A DNA stretch of 64,000 nt from Chiloscyllium plagiosum (lineage: Eukaryota), in the NCBI RefSeq assembly GCF_004010195.1, contig NC_057760.1, forward strand, positions 4,392,522 to 4,456,521, in the 5' to 3' direction. A model generated the notes under the pieces. That model saw only the letters and a list, made by a program, of their open reading frames with translations. It did not search any database and was not told where the DNA came from. This document shows positions 62,128 through 64,000 of the stretch, one piece after another. Position 1 is the first letter of the stretch. The number at the start of each line of letters is the position of its first letter. The position numbers and the translations under genes are program-made.

Positions 62128-63349
62128 GAGTACCTTCTAACTATGGTGCTGAAGAAACTGGTGTACTGGCATGGTGTGCTCATTTGGTTTGTCGATTGTT
62201 TGTTGGAGGCCTATAAATTGGTTAAAGAGGACTGTATTGTAAAATATCAGGTTAAAGGGTTGAAGATTGGTTCACAAACTGAAAGCAGAGAATCTGAATG
62301 GAAGGGGGTCATTTTTTAGATGGCAGTGGGGCACTCACTTATTCACTTTGACAGAAGAATCTGCAAGAACATCTCTTAAAAGTTAAAAAAAACATACATT
62401 ATGCTGTGCAGAGAAATTCAGGGTCCTTTAACACAAATTTCAGAAAGTTCGAAAAACAACAAAGAATGAAACTGGTCTGGAGCCTTTTATTGCAGAGGGA
62501 GTTGAAATATAAGACAAATGAAGCTGCTGCAAGGATTTGATGAAAGTGCAGCTGGGAGTTCAACCCTGGGGGTGTCTCCTTGGTCAAAGAAGGGGACGCT
62601 AACCTTGAGTGGTTGCAGTGAAGGTTCACAACGTTGACTGCCTTGCGTGAGAGAGTGGTGTTATGATGGGAAGATGTTTGGAATAGGCCTAGACTCTATG
62701 GAATTCAGAAGAGAGAGGTGACTTCATTGAAATGTGTCAAAATTCAACAGATAGACAGGGTCGATGGTGGGAGCCTGCTTCCCCTAGGCTGAAGACTGAG
62801 GGTCCAACTCCCAATATCAGGAATTGGCAATTATGAGTGAGAGCAAGGGATTATGGACCTTATCACCCAGACAGCTCCACATGCTCACCTTGTTGAATAT
62901 ATTCAAGAATGAAATAGATAGATCTTGGATACAAAGGCAAACAATGGAAATGGGAAATGTGGAGGCAGGAATGTGGAGTTCATGCGGAAGTTCAGTCATA
63001 GTCCAACTGAATAGCAAAACAGGCTTGAGGAGTTGAATGGTTTACTCCTGTGCTTATTTCAGGTGGTCATAAGTAAACAGATTTGGAAGTTATTTAAAGA
63101 TGGCCATGGAAAAATATCCTTTCAAGTGAGTTTATTCTCACCAAGGTAAAAGGAGTAAAGTGGATGTTCCATTCTGGAAGACTTGAATACCCCTGGTGCC
63201 AAGACAATGGATTTGGAGGTGGAAGAAGAGGCAGGAAAATTTTAGAATGCCATCTCTGATTGGCTACTCAAGGTGCTAGGTGAGTCTCGGTCGAGTCGGC
63301 TGCCACTAGAATTGAAACCTTGCCCATGGATGGACAAAGCATCATAATG

Positions 63350-63734
63350 AGCTGAAAATGGGTTGCTGGAAAAGCGCAGCAGGTCAGGCAGCATCCAAGG
63401 AACAGGAGAATCGACATTTCGGGCATAAGCCCTTCTTCAGGAAATCATCATAATGCTAACCCTAGCCCTTTCGCAACAGCCTTTCTTTGACAATAGAAGC
63501 TTCCCAATTTGTGGGACATTGGCTTCAGAGGTTTCTACTTTTAGTGTTGCTCAGACAACCATTGGGATCTGCTTGTGATGCTGATATCAGGGTGGGGAGA
63601 AGCTCTATGTGGTCCAGTTGTTGCTATTGGTATTCGGGTGGCGATACTTCCCTGGATGCTGCCCGAGCTGCTGCGCTTTTCCAGCAACACATTTTCAGCT
63701 CTGACCTCCAGCATCTGCAGACCTCACTTTCTCC
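63350..63734. mobile_element. Two independent Penelope pseudo-LTR fragments (63350-63445 and 63653-63734)
   Basis: Each has its own TSD: CATCATAATG (63340-63349, 63446-63455) and ATTCGGGTGGMGATACTTCCC (63632-63652, 63735-63755). Confidence 0.8.
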
Positions 63735-64000
63735 ATTCGGGTGGAGATACTTCCCCTTTGCACTGAGGGTGCTTGTTTCTCTAGACTGTGTTTGGAGATA
63801 TCTGTCAGCAGCTCAATGTTAAGAGACCCCCATGTCACGTTGCTTCAGGAATACTCCCCTGGTGAGGCTCAATAGACATTTTGATTGGTTCTGACCACTT
63901 GGCATTCTTCGTTGGATGGACATCACAGAGATAGCTGGCTAATTGGCCAGAACTCATCCAGAGAGCCTTCACTGACCAAAGTGAATACTCAGGGTTTTAT

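Noticed and set aside
57462..64000. First zinc-finger exon of the ERR (CLVCGD...CEACKAFFKR)
   Set aside because: Not found by eye in this interval; presumably beyond the window end.

Overview
Eukaryotic, repeat-dense vertebrate DNA, almost certainly from a shark or ray (HE1-type V-SINEs, abundant CR1/L2 LINEs, Penelope fragments). Two convergent intron-rich genes are present. On the + strand are the last 12 coding exons of SHKBP1 (WD40-like region and C-terminus ending RMNETSF; the 5' BTB exons lie upstream of the window). On the - strand are the last 5 coding exons of an estrogen-related receptor (second zinc finger, hinge, ligand-binding domain, AF-2). Its divergence and its position next to SHKBP1 mirror the KCTD3-(USH2A)-ESRRG arrangement and point to ERR-delta. 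All 17 exons have canonical GT-AG junctions and join in frame. The last SHKBP1 intron holds a decayed, antisense, 3'-truncated class I (gamma/epsilon-like) endogenous retrovirus with a 5' LTR, Leu PBS, gag, in-frame UGA, pro-pol and a partial env. Its pol has an extra 2H-phosphoesterase-like domain between protease and RT. About ten short Penelope-derived insertions have long (10-21 bp) target-site duplications, mostly form hairpins, and several carry minimal hammerhead-ribozyme cores. There are also a nested solo LTR, several minisatellites and candidate conserved non-coding blocks. Gene and family names come from my recall of the families, not from a database search. Repeat boundaries are approximate unless a TSD is given.
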